NCBI GenBank assembly: GCA_028534125.1
Contig: CM052832.1
Location: forward strand, 22,694,001-22,758,000
Reading direction: 5' to 3'
Length of the DNA: 64,000 nt
Source of the DNA: Lama glama
Taxonomy: Eukaryota
Shown here: positions 27,113 to 39,420 of the stretch, piece after piece
How positions within the stretch are numbered: position 1 is the stretch's first letter
Layout: each line of letters starts with the position of its first letter
Position numbers and translations under genes: made by a program
The notes under the pieces: generated by a model
Seen by the model: the letters and a program-made list of their open reading frames with translations, nothing else
Database searches by the model: none
Told to the model about the DNA's origin: nothing

Positions 27113-28279
27113 ATTCAGGCATATTTTGCTGGATTCTTATAATATAGCTCTGTGAGGTAGGTAGCACAGATATGATTATTATAATTTAAAAAACGAGGAT
27201 GTAAGCTCAGAAATGTGGAGCATCTTGTTCAGGTTACTACTCAGGAAAAATTTAGAAGCTGCTCTGAAACCCAGCTAGGTCTTTTTCTGAGCCTTTGGTT
27301 TACTTCTTTTTGTCTTGTGACCACTAGTTTACACTCATTCCCGTCTAGATTGAAAAATACAGTTGTATATTCTTGCCAAACAAAAGGGCAAAACCTACAA
27401 CTATTTTAATATCCTAATTATTCCTCTATATAGTATTCTACCAACCTGCCTCAGATTCCAGATTTCCACTTTGGTTTTTCTTTTGGATCAGAAAGAGAGG
27501 GAGTTGGTTTTCATGTATTTCCAGAATATGTTTCTTATGTATCCAAGGTAGGCTTATTCATGTGCTGCAGAAATGGAGTAATACAGAGATTTGATTTGAA
27601 GTAAAGGAAAGCTTTGTTCATCCTTTTGCATGGGGACAAGTTTTGTGCAATGCCTTGGCTGTTATAAGCTGCTTATACCTATGAAATTTGCGTATTGATA
27701 TTCGCCTAATTTTTGTGGATACTTTAACACAAATCGGCAAAGATTACTCAAAGATTACATCATCAGAGCTAACCTGTGAGAGAGAAGAAAGTGTAAAGTT
27801 GTTGGAGACAGTTGTTGGTGGCACTGGCTCTGATCCTGGAGTCACGAAAATAAATGTGGATTAATGTTTCCTCAAGAATCAGAGTGAGACCTTCTCTTTC
27901 AGCTCTAGTCAAATCTTTTTGGATTCTTAATTCTGAGAAAACTGTTTCTGTATATGATCTGAATCATCTTTCTGAGGTCGGTCATGGGCCACCTATTTCT
28001 CACGAAGAAGGAAATGTACTACAATGGGACAGCCAAGGTGATCTATCTGGGCATATACCAAGTACAAATAATAGAGAATCACGCTCAACTCCCATTAGAA
28101 CTGGGTTTCCATTTCCCCCGAGGTGTGTGAACTTAGGTAGTTATTGTGTTCTGTTCCAGATTTTTCTTTATCAGATGCTGTCTTCTTGCTTTTCAGAGTT
28201 TTTTAGAATCTCGAGATAGAAGAAAGGAAACTAGAAGTAAAATATTTTAATAAACAACCTTATCTAATGCTGCTTTTTA

Positions 28280-28684
28280 TGGCAGCAGATTGTGGCACAA
28301 TTTTCAGATTCTTCTCTCATTAAGAGGTGGAGTGTATGATTTCTCCTTTGCATTTGGGTGGGCTCTGTGACTGCTTGACCAATAGAGTGTAATGGAACTG
28401 ATGCTCTGTCAGTTTCCAAGTTCAAGCCATAAGACAATGGCAGTTTCCTGTGGCAAGTGGAATTCTCAGATGTCCTTCAAAATTCCCACCCCTTCGAGTG
28501 CATGCCCTATACCCTCCTCTTGATTATGGGTGGGACCTGTGACTGTGAAGATGTAGCCTATGTGGAAAAGGTGAATAGATTTGCAGATGTAATCGAGGTT
28601 CCTAACAAGTTGGCTTTGAATTCATCAAAGGGAGGTTATCCTGGTTTGATCAGCCTTACCAGGTGAGTTCTTTAAAAGAGGGCT
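28280..28684 (+). mobile_element. MLT1 MaLR LTR 5' part plus a second nested MLT1 start at 28449
   Basis: aagaggtggag...ctgtgactgcttgaccaataga, then a new tgtggcaag start with tttgcagatgtaat. Confidence 0.7.
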
Positions 28685-29825
28685 CAGTCTTTCCAACAAA
28701 TGATCCTGGGACAACTGAATATCTGTACAAAAGGATGAAATTGGACCCCTCTTCACACCATACACAAAAATTAACTCAAAATGGATAACAGACCTAAATG
28801 TAAGTGTTAGAAGTATAAAACTCATAGAAAACTAGGAATAAATCTTCATGAATGTTGGCTAGGCATTAATTTCTTAGGTGCAACTTTGAAAGTACAAGTG
28901 GTAAAAGACATCCTAGACAGATTGTACTTCATCAAAATTAAAAACTTGATATTCAAAGGACATAGTCAAGAAAGTGAAAAGTCAACCCACAGAATGGGGA
29001 AAATATTCACAAATTATATATCTAATAAAGAACTTGTGTCCATAATATATAAAGAACATGTATGACTCAATAATAAGAAGTATAAATTACCCAACTGAAA
29101 AAAGGAGTAAGGAGTTTGAGTAGACATTTTCCCAATGAAGGTGTACCTGAAAAGATGCTCAACATCATAAGTCATTAGGGAAATGAGACACAAGACTGTG
29201 GTGAGATACTATACATCCACTAAGATGGGTATAATTAAAAAGACAGACAATAACAAGTGTTAATGAGGATGAGGAGAAATAGGAACCCACATACGTTGGT
29301 AGTGGGAATGTAAAATGATACAGAGACTTTGGAAAATGCTTATGAGCTTCACAAATTGTTCACATTAGAGTTCCCAAATGATGCAGCAATTCCACGCCTA
29401 GATATAAAACCATGAGAAATGCAAACATATATCTACACAAAATCTTCAACTTGAGCATTCATAGAAACATTATTTACCATGACTCAAAAGTAGAAGCAAA
29501 CCAAATGGCCATCAGTTGATGAATAGATGAATAAAATGTGTACATGCATAAAAGTAACATTAGTCAGCAATAAAAAGGAAATGAAGTACTAATACAAGAT
29601 ACAACATGGATGAATCTTGAAATCATTATGCTAAGTTAAAGAAGCCAGTCACAGAAACCACATACTAGATGATTCCATTGATATGGCCAGAAGAGGAAAA
29701 GTCTATACACAAAAATAGATGAGTGGTTGCACAGGGCTGGAGTGGAGAGTAACTGCTACTGGGCAGTTTCCTTGGGGATGACAGAAATGTTCTAAAATTA
29801 GATTGTAGTGATAGTTGAACACTCT
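28685..29825 (+). mobile_element. L1MB/MC-like ORF2 end plus 3'UTR
   Basis: agtctttccaacaaatg...acaaaaattaactcaaaatggat...atggatgaatcttgaaa...gttctaaaattagattgtagtgat. Confidence 0.92.
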
Positions 29826-29834
29826 CCAGTGTTC

Positions 29835-30106
29835 GGAGCACTTGCTTTTGGAACCTAGCTGCCATGATGTTACAGACCAATTCACATGGAGAAATCCTAC
29901 ATGTGCTTCCAGCCAACAGCCAGCATTAATTCCTAGCCATGGGATTGAGCCATCTTGGTCATCCAAGCCAAATGGGTCTGACTGCTGCTACCTAAAAGAC
30001 CCATGCAAGGGTCATTCATTTATGCCCAGTTAACTCACAGAAACATGAGAGATAGTAACACACTGAAGTTTCAGGGTGGTTGTTATACAGCGGTTGACAA
30101 CCGGAA
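29835..30106 (+). mobile_element. MLT1 LTR 3' part
   Basis: Ends gtggttgttatacagcggttgacaaccggaa, an MLT1-like terminus. Confidence 0.7.
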
Positions 30107-31499
30107 TTTTTTCAAATGCCTATTCTATTATTCATTCAAATGGGTCTTTTATCTATTCTCTTAGTCCTATAGGGGTGATTCTGTTTTCATGTTTCTCCAT
30201 TTTTCTCTTGGAATCCTTCTGACTGTATTGAAGATTGACAGGTGACTTCTCTTAGGAAGTGCTGAAAGGCATTGTAAGATGTATCTTCAATTCAAAATGA
30301 AACCCTTATTTGAGTGAAGCGGAGAGGTGATTCCTGCTGTATTTAAAAGGAAACCCAAATGAGGGTTACTGGGGGTACAAAAATTAATTGAATAATGCAT
30401 TTTCATTATTAGGTCGTTGTAGTTAGGTATGTATTGGTGTTCAGAAAGGCAGAAACAAAAGACAAAATCAAAAGCCAAAGTAATGCAGACACACTGAATC
30501 CAAATTAGGAAAGCATAGTAAATACCACAGAACCCCGTCATTACTGTGATGTTATTAATAGGGAGAAATGGCAGTAACAGATGGATTCCTTATGTTTTTA
30601 CACTTCTGGTTGATTAGTACTTCCATACTAAATAAAACGTACTGTAGTAACACTTTAGTCTCTGTGCTCATATGGATTATTCATTGTGGCTTAAGCTAAT
30701 TTGCTCCCAAGTATGATAATTACCTAATTCTGCATAGGGAAAGCTCTCCTCATTACTGGAATAAAGTTTCTAATTCCAGTAAAAAGAATTTTCAAATATT
30801 CTTGGGCAGAAAGTCAATGCCCGGGCTTCAAATTGGCTTTGTTTTGTTAAAATTAGAATCAGCAGTTTGAGAGCTACAGCTCCATGAGGAAGTAATCGCA
30901 TTAGTCTCCCTCTCGGCACTACACGGGTATTAATCTTTTCCTTTCATCAGTCTCTCTGACTCTCACACTTTTATAAAATCCCCACAAAGCCAAATTAATA
31001 GTGTTTCTTTCTTCAAAACTCATGAATGTGCAATTAATAATCAGTGGTCTTGGGAGAATAAAAGAAGCAACTTAAGAATTTCTAGGTCATTTGATGGGCA
31101 GCTTTATTCCCTGGGACATGTGAAGGAGTTGTCTCCTACCTGTTCTGTCTTTCTTACAGACAGATTGGATTGGGTGTTTATTGCCTTATTATTAAATTTG
31201 ATGAATATCCTGGGGATTTTGTGATTTTTTTAAAAAAAATTCTTTTGGATGTTTAATAATCTTTGTAGTAAAAATATAAGTCAAATGGCAAGTCAAGGTA
31301 CCAGTCAGTTACAAGACAGCAAAGAGATTCCTCATGTCTTTAAGCGCTGTACTCAAACTTTGATGTATATATGAATCGCCTGAGAAATGTATTTGATTTG
31401 GGACTAGTTCTGACTGGAGATAATGGGGTAACAGGAGATTCGCTTCCCAGGATCATCAACCAAGTGCTCCAGAAGCATCTGAAAACATAACACGTATCC

Positions 31500-31815
31500 T
31501 AAAGCCTTTCCCCTTGCTCTTATCCTGGCTCCCTTCTTCTGTCCTAGAGACTTCAGCTTAAACAGCATCTTATTAGAGAAGCTGGCTTTGGTGCAGCTGA
31601 AAGTATCCACCTGCCTCTAACTCCTCAAATCACCTCATTTTAATTCTCTGATATTTTCTGTGTTATTGCTTGTTTTTCAACGTCCCTCTCCTCTCAGATC
31701 ACAAGCCCTGCCAAAGCAGTGACCTTGCTTCATGGTTGCGGCTGAATCCGCAGCACCTGTGACTGGGGCTGGCCGATGGTAGAGCTCAGTAACTGTTTTC
31801 TGAGTGAAGAAGTGT
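31500..31815 (+). mobile_element. L2 3' end remnant
   Basis: ctggccgatggtagagctcagtaactgttttctgagtgaa resembles the L2 terminus. Confidence 0.6.
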
Positions 31816-31850
31816 CTAGCTTGCACTTCATTAATAGTACTAATGTATTA

Positions 31851-31880
31851 TAATAATAATGATGATGATGATGATGATGA
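31851..31880. repeat. (TAA)3(TGA)7 compound microsatellite
   Basis: Directly visible. Confidence 0.95.
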
Positions 31881-32339
31881 ATGTCCAGTGTCTTCATTAA
31901 TGGCAGTCTAGTGTGGTTGATAATGTTAAATGCAAATCTAATTGGACAATTTCTGCAGCTGAGGGAATGTGCTTGGTCAGCACCTCCAAGCCACATTCAA
32001 CTCAAAGTTAGCATCACTGATTTCCTTTGCTGAAGTCAACCAGCCAGTGGAGTCCCAGCAGATCACAAACCAAATTTCCAATTTGCCCTATCCATTGGAT
32101 TCAGATCAAGCGCCCCATGATGACCACAAGCTGGTAGGGTAATTCCTAGGTATCAACATTCAGATACCCAAAAAAAAAAAAAGTGATTTTCTATAGTATC
32201 TTTAAGACCAAACTCGTTTCTGTCTTGTGTCCAGTCTTGCCACAATTGTCATTACATTTTGTTAGCCTTTAAAGTGGGAATTGGAGTAGAAGAGGCCACA
32301 TCTAAAAGCTTCCCATGTAGAGAACACTACACAAACGTA

Positions 32340-32600
32340 GGATTGCTTAGAGAGCACGGGATTTGGAGGCAGATAGACCTGAGTTTCAATCCCAGTGGTG
32401 CCACTGCTTAAACTACATGACTCTGGGCAAGTTAATTAACATCTGGAACCTTCATTTATTTGTGAAATGAGTATAATCTTACCTGCCTCCCAGGATTCTT
32501 TTAGAGGGTTAAATCAGATAACACTATGAAAAATGGTTAGCATAGTATCTGACATATGATAATACTCAATTATTATTGTTACCACTATTATTATTTTTTA
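32340..32600 (+). mobile_element. MIR SINE
   Basis: agacctgagtttcaatcccag...tgggcaagttaattaac...tgtgaaatgag. Confidence 0.85.
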
Positions 32601-33796
32601 TCATTTACATCAGTCATGAGAAAATGGTTTAAATAGATGAACGTTTATTTTCATTTGTTTAAGTCTTCTTTCATGGCACTGTCCCCCTTCCAGTTGGAAT
32701 TTCCCCATCCTTTCTAGGTTTATTTCTTCTCATCCTCACTTTCCTTTATGGTACTGATCGAAAAAAAAAAAAGTCGTTATGGAAAGTTCTAATCCTATTT
32801 ACTAACTCCTACTTAGCATAATGTGAAGTCAGTGTGCTCCTTTCTCAGTTGGGTTTTATGTCTTTCTCAAGTTGAGAGAGAATAATATCTGTCTCAAAAT
32901 GAAGGATGCACATTTAAGTCCTGTCAAGGCTAATAGTGGAGAGAAATTATCTCTGGGACAGAGATCCATATCTATGAATACTGAGTGACTCCCCTTCCAT
33001 CTCAATATGGCAGAAGCTCTGTGGTTTAGCAGTGAGTCTTGAGGCTCCCATGTGACTCTTGGGCCCTAGATCCCCAAGGAAAGATGCTGGGTCTCTATGT
33101 TATCCATTCATTCAAACAGAAAAAATTTTCTATGCTCTTTTCACAGGTCAATTTCTGACCAAATAATAGAGTTCTTTATTGGGTCCTTCTGAAGAAAGCA
33201 TACAAGCTGATAAATCTTAGGTATAGAATACCATGAGGGGCTAAAAGTAAAAGATAACAGAAGTGAGTTAAAATTGCTAAAACACAACTATGACCCTTTG
33301 TTGTCTGTATACACAGGCTCAATTCAAAGATATCTTCAAATGCTGTAGTATTATTTCAAGCAAGACTACTTTCTTTTCAATGTTTGAAAACTATTTGATT
33401 TTACTTCTGTTGGATATGAAACTATCTCTAATCAGTTTATTTTGCTGATAGAAATACAGATAGATGCATTTAATGACATATTCTGAGTGCATACACCTAT
33501 CTATTGCTACCTATTCAGAGGATTGCGATACATTGTAAATAGAGGAAAAGTAAATAATTTCCAGACAGAAAAGTAGAATAAAGTTTGCCCCTACCCCTAC
33601 CTCAGTGCTCAGTTATGTTAACATGGTTTGAAGTCTGTGCCAAATCATTTTTCATGTAACCGTAGTGTTGAAACTGTACCAGTTGTTACTTGCTTCTGCT
33701 TAGATAAACACTTGTACCAAGCACTCTGAGTGTGCTTCATGCTGACCTCATCCGGGAACCGTGTGTAGGTGGACTTCTTGGAAGCTTATAGTTCAA

Positions 33797-34296
33797 NNNN
33801 NNNNNNNNNNNNNNNNNNNNNNNNNNNNNNNNNNNNNNNNNNNNNNNNNNNNNNNNNNNNNNNNNNNNNNNNNNNNNNNNNNNNNNNNNNNNNNNNNNNN
33901 NNNNNNNNNNNNNNNNNNNNNNNNNNNNNNNNNNNNNNNNNNNNNNNNNNNNNNNNNNNNNNNNNNNNNNNNNNNNNNNNNNNNNNNNNNNNNNNNNNNN
34001 NNNNNNNNNNNNNNNNNNNNNNNNNNNNNNNNNNNNNNNNNNNNNNNNNNNNNNNNNNNNNNNNNNNNNNNNNNNNNNNNNNNNNNNNNNNNNNNNNNNN
34101 NNNNNNNNNNNNNNNNNNNNNNNNNNNNNNNNNNNNNNNNNNNNNNNNNNNNNNNNNNNNNNNNNNNNNNNNNNNNNNNNNNNNNNNNNNNNNNNNNNNN
34201 NNNNNNNNNNNNNNNNNNNNNNNNNNNNNNNNNNNNNNNNNNNNNNNNNNNNNNNNNNNNNNNNNNNNNNNNNNNNNNNNNNNNNNNNNNNNNNNN
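33797..34296. other. Assembly gap (500 N)
   Basis: Run of exactly 500 N. Confidence 1.
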
Positions 34297-34659
34297 CCAG
34301 TTTCAAAGAATAAATGGGTCTTGTCCACTGTGTGTCCCTGACCACATAAAACACGGGAGCCTAAGTCTTTGAGGGCTGATTCAAAGGCCAGGAGATGGTG
34401 ACTAAGCAGGCGCGGTGTGTAGGAAGATGATACATACCAGTCGCAGAAGCTGAAATCGGGATGACTGGGGAGGTGGGGGTCGTGTTGGAAGGATCAGAGA
34501 GGAAAGAGTCAGAGGCCCAGTTTGTAAGTGACATCAACCAGCAGGTGGCAGGACCAGCTGCAAGGACAGTTCTGGTTCCCTGAGAGATTAGTAAGATCCA
34601 AGTAGGGGTCTTCCTACAGCAACAAGGATAAAAGGTGGGGGACATGATGGAGAGGTGGG

Positions 34660-35696
34660 CAGGGGAGGCGTCATAATCGATGGGCCCACTGCCTACTGAA
34701 AATGCAAAGCCCTTTTGTCCAGTAAGCAGGAAAAAGGGCTATTAAAGGTACTAAAATTAAGATGCTTTTCTTTTCTTCCATGATCTCTCTCTACTTATCA
34801 TGAAGGTTTTTATTTGTTATTTAGTATCTCTCTAAGTGAACAAAAATTAAAAATTTAAATTGTTAGCATGAATTTTTGCCATTTCAAAAATTGTGCAATG
34901 CCAGTTTAAATGCAAATATAAGGCCATCTAATTGTATGCAGAATTGCCACAATGACGTATTTCATAGTGTGTATGCATTCTGTTCTCGCCAGAACAGTGG
35001 AAACACTGCATAAAAATAACTCTTTTTGATTTCTCAATATGCACATATTCTACCAAAACTTTCTACCTTTGGTTTACTGATGAGTAAGGAATGGTTGCAT
35101 AAGGAAGAGAGGGAAGGAGGGGAGGCGGAGGGGAGGGGAAGAGGAGGAAAGAGAGAAAAGAATTGTGAATTGTCCTGTCTTTCCCTTTCCTTCTGTGTCA
35201 TCACTTTTCAGCATCACTGTTTGATTAATGCAAGATGTAACACAAGTAAGAAAGGACGTGATAGGGTTTCTTATTTGTTGGTGTTTCTTAGAAGGCCATT
35301 GACTTTTTCCTCTGTTGGAAACAAGTTCTGCTTTGAACAGAAGATGTGGTCTCTTGGGGCTGCCAGTGCTGCCTACCTCGGCCGTACTCAGCAGCAGATG
35401 TTACCCTTTAGCCTTGTAGCTGAACTTGGATGTGTCATAGATCCACCAAAACTCTGAGTCTGTGGGGCATCACGAGTGCCGTGGGTGAAAAGGGAGGCAA
35501 GGAATGGTGGACACGCATATGGTGTGTCGTGTCCTCTGTCCACGTGTGTGTTCCGTTGTCTCAGACGACTTCACTTACAAAACACAAATTCAGGCCTAAA
35601 ATGAAGAGTTTCAAGACTCAAGCTGCAGAGCATTAGTATGCCAAGTGTGGGACCCCAGGCGGCAACACAGGTTGAGTGCCCACGATGCTGACTCTG
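34660..35696 (-). mobile_element. MER45B-like hAT-Tip100 element, about 1 kb
   Basis: The right end read on minus, cagagtcagcatcgtgggcactcaacctgtg...ggtcccacacttgg...taatgctctgc, resembles the MER45 start; the left end has the matching cagg...gggccc terminus. Confidence 0.75.
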
Positions 35697-36014
35697 GGTT
35701 TGGGAACAGAAAAATGATTCAGGCTGAAATGATTGGCTGAAAAATTCAAGAAAAGAATCTGGTAACCAGAACTGCACTATAGGGTCGTAATGAAAAGAGA
35801 GATTAGGCTGATTCGATGTTGAGCCTCTGAACTCAGAGAAATTCTACCAGATTAAGGAAAAGGTTGATCTCCGAGTTGGAGGTTATATCAACTATGAAAT
35901 TTGGAAGTGTTTGACATGATTTGGCATGCTGATGTATCTTGTCAATGGCTTTCACTTCGTGAAAATTTGTGTAGTATCTTTGTTTCATTGCAGAATAAAG
36001 GAGTTGAAAAAGAC

Positions 36015-36170
36015 ATTGATTTTACAGATGAAGAAATGACCCTCCAGTGGGATTGGGTGGGACTGGGTCAAGTGACTTGACCTAGGTCATAGAGCTTGTT
36101 AGTAACAAAATCAGGATTAGAACCTGAATTTCAAGAACTCTAATTCAGTGTCCTTTTGAGTCCTCCATGC
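36015..36170 (-). mobile_element. MIR SINE
   Basis: ttttacagatgaagaaa...aagtgacttgacctaggtcatagagc...ggattagaacct. Confidence 0.85.
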
Positions 36171-37534
36171 TAGTCCTTTCATGCCTCATTAAGACGGCAG
36201 GATGTTTCTGCCAGCAATCCTAAAATATTTTTCATGGCTATAAAAGTAGTGAGAAGAAAGTAAAGAGAAAATACATTGTTGTAGCTTACTCAAAAACTGC
36301 AAAAGGAGATTTCTCTTTTTCTCTGACTTTAGTGAGTTGGTTTTAGACGCAGTATTTCTTCTGTGAGACTTCTGCAGTGGTGAGCTGCCCAGTAAAGGAT
36401 CAGAGGCTGGCCTATTCAGAAAGAGTGATTAATTAGATTTAGCACTGAAGATACGCATACGGCAGGGTCACAGAGTCAAATGTTACGTAGGTGGCTGCTG
36501 ACAGATTAATGTGAAACGAATGAGTTGAGGGCTTTAAATGGCCACAAAGATAGACTTTAATGGTCTTCCAGTGTAAAGAGCTTTCTGACAAGCTCTCCTT
36601 AACACAGTGTTTCTGATTCGTCCCTAAAATTCCCCCAAAGAGGTAGGCAACAACAAACAAACAAAAAAAAACAACTAAAAACGAAAATGAAAACAAAAAC
36701 TGTCAGGCCACTTGGACCAAATCTGAGAGCAAATTCCACTAACTAAAATAACCATGGCGCTTAAGAGAGAATGCCATGGACTCATGTTTTCTCCAGAAAC
36801 TGAGAAAAACTGCCAGCCTGAAAAAGCAGGACGCTGATTCAGAGGCTCTAGGTTTGTACCGACTGAAAGCAGGTTGTTTCCTTAGTGAGTTCTGCACCTG
36901 CTTAGAGCACCCACACGTGCTCCCCTTCCCCACTGTCACCTCCTCCTGTGTATCCACTTGGAAACTGAAACTCCCAGAGAACAACTCAAAAAGGGGTTGC
37001 AACTGGGGTGAATGTGAGACAGGATTAGTTGTAGCATACTGTGTCCCAAGACGTACAATTCTAAGAAGTAAGACTACATTGATTAGAATACAGAAAAATG
37101 AGTGTTGAGAGTGGAGATTTGGCACTTTTGCTTTTTTGTGTATATTCAGTAGGTTCAGAGTGTGAAAAATTGCAGATAGAATTAACTCCAGACAATTAAG
37201 CAGAATAACATGAGTTCAGTGCTGACTAGATTCTGGAACTTTTACTAGGAAGCGTGGGCATGAATATGTCCCAGGCTCAAATTCAGAAAAGGATTTTACC
37301 AATACTCAAGAAGACATGAAATGGGGTCAAGAGCAAGCTACAAACTATTTCTACTGAAAAATACTATTTCTGGCTGGAAATCTCATTACAGGATGGCTGA
37401 CATGTCAAAAACATGACAAAGAAAAAAAAAGCATCATTACAAAGACTCAAAACAATGAAATATGTTTTAATGTGATTTCCTAGAGAAGCCAGAATAAAGT
37501 TTTGAACCCCCGACCCCCACCCGATAAGGAGCAT

Positions 37535-39420
37535 CTAGGAAAAACGTACAACTAACATGATACTTGACGGTGAAAGACTAAATGCTTTTCCCTTAAGAGC
37601 AGGAACAGGCAATGGACAGGAATGTTCACTCTCATCATTTCTACTGAACATTGAACTTAAGGGTCTAGCCAGTGCACTTAGGCAAGAAAAAGAAATAAAA
37701 GGCACAGAAAGAAGCAAAACTGTCATTATTCTCAGATGACATAATCGTCTATGTAGAAAATCCAGTGGAATCTATCTATAGAAAGCCACACACACACACA
37801 CACGAACACACAAGTGAGTTTGGCCACCTTGCATAATACAAGGTCAATGTATAAAAATCAATGATACTTTATATATTATCAATGAGCAACTGAAGTAGAA
37901 ATACCATTTACAACAGCATCAAAAATACGAAAGGATAGATTTGACTTAAGGTTTCAGGATTTGTATGCTAAAAACTTCAAAACATTCCTGAGAAAAATTA
38001 AAGAGGATCTAAATATGTAGAAAGATACACCTTGTACACAGATTAGAAATCTCAGTATTTTTAAGCTGTCAGTTCTCCCTAAGTTGATCTGTAGTGTTAA
38101 GTGCAACCCTATCAATATTCCGGAAGTTATGGGGGATTTTTTTTTTTTTGCTAGAAATGGACATGGATAAGTTGATTCTAAATTTCATATGAAATGCAAA
38201 GTACCTGAAGTAACCAAAACACCTTTGAAAAAGAACAAAGTTGGAAGATTAACAGTATATCATTTCAAATTTCACATTAAGCTACAGTAATCAAGACAGT
38301 GTGGTATTGGTGTTCAGATGGAAAAATGGATCAACATAACAAAGCAGAGTCCAGGAAGAGGCTCACCCACATATAGATAACTAATTTTTGATCATTTAGT
38401 TTTTTAGCAAACAAAGGAGAATATCTTTGTCATTTTGAGATAGGCAAAGATTTCTTAAAGCACAAAGAAATTACAAATTGGCAAATTGGAATTCATCCAA
38501 ATTAAAATATTTTTCTTACTATAGCCTCCATTAAGCATGGAAATGCAAGCGTAAGACTAGAAAAACACGCTTGTAATGCATGTATCTCATGAAGGAATTT
38601 TATCCAAAGTATATAAACTCCTACAAAACAAACAGCCCCAATGTAAAACGATTAAAAGGCTTACACATATAGTTTTCAAAAAAGGCCAATAAACACATTA
38701 ACATATACTCAACATCATTAGTCACGGAGGAAAAGTAAATTAAGTCCGTAACGAGGTACTATTTTATATCAAATATGTTGGCCAAAAAAAGACAAAGAAG
38801 AAGTAAAAGACCAGTAATTCCAAATATTAGCAAGAATGTGGGACATTTGGAACTCTTACACATTGCCGATAGGAGTGGCCCAACCATATTGGAAAACAGT
38901 TTGGCAGTTTCTTGTAAAGTTAGACATATACTTACCCATAATCCAGGAATTTCACTCCTAGGTATTTATTCAGGAAAACTAAAAACATATGTCCACACAA
39001 TGTCTTTTATAAGCTGTTGATATTAGTTTTATTATTAATAGGAAAGAGAAACAAACCAAATATTTATCAACAGAAACATGGGTAAATAATTTGTGGATTA
39101 TTCATAAGGTATGCCAGTCAAAAGAAACAAATTATGATAAACTCAACAGCGTAAAATGATCATTATGTTGAGTAAAAGAAGCCAGAGACATGAGAAAACA
39201 CACTGTGTTTTTCCATTCACTTGAATTCCAAGGACAGGCAAAACTAATTTGCTGTGATAGAACTTAGTAAGTTGCCTCTGGAGAGCGGGAATTTGGAAAG
39301 ACACTCAAGGGTGCTTTTCCAGTGATGGAATTGTTCTGTATCTTGTTTGGATGGTATTTGCATGCGTAGGTAGGGTTGCCAAAAACATCAACTGTGAGGT
39401 CTGTGATAAATATTAAATTC
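37535..39420 (+). mobile_element. Old L1 (L1MC/MD-like) ORF2 remnant plus 3'UTR
   Basis: ORF 37557 ILDGERLNAFPLR...LLNIELKGLASALRQEKEIKG is L1 ORF2-like; gctacagtaatcaagacagtgtggtattgg; heavily decayed. Confidence 0.92.

Noticed and set aside
31730..31996. Poly-His ORF
   Set aside because: Produced by the (TGA)n microsatellite next to an L2 remnant.
33737..34372. Longest ORFs in the track (180-205 aa)
   Set aside because: They are artefacts of translating through the N gap.
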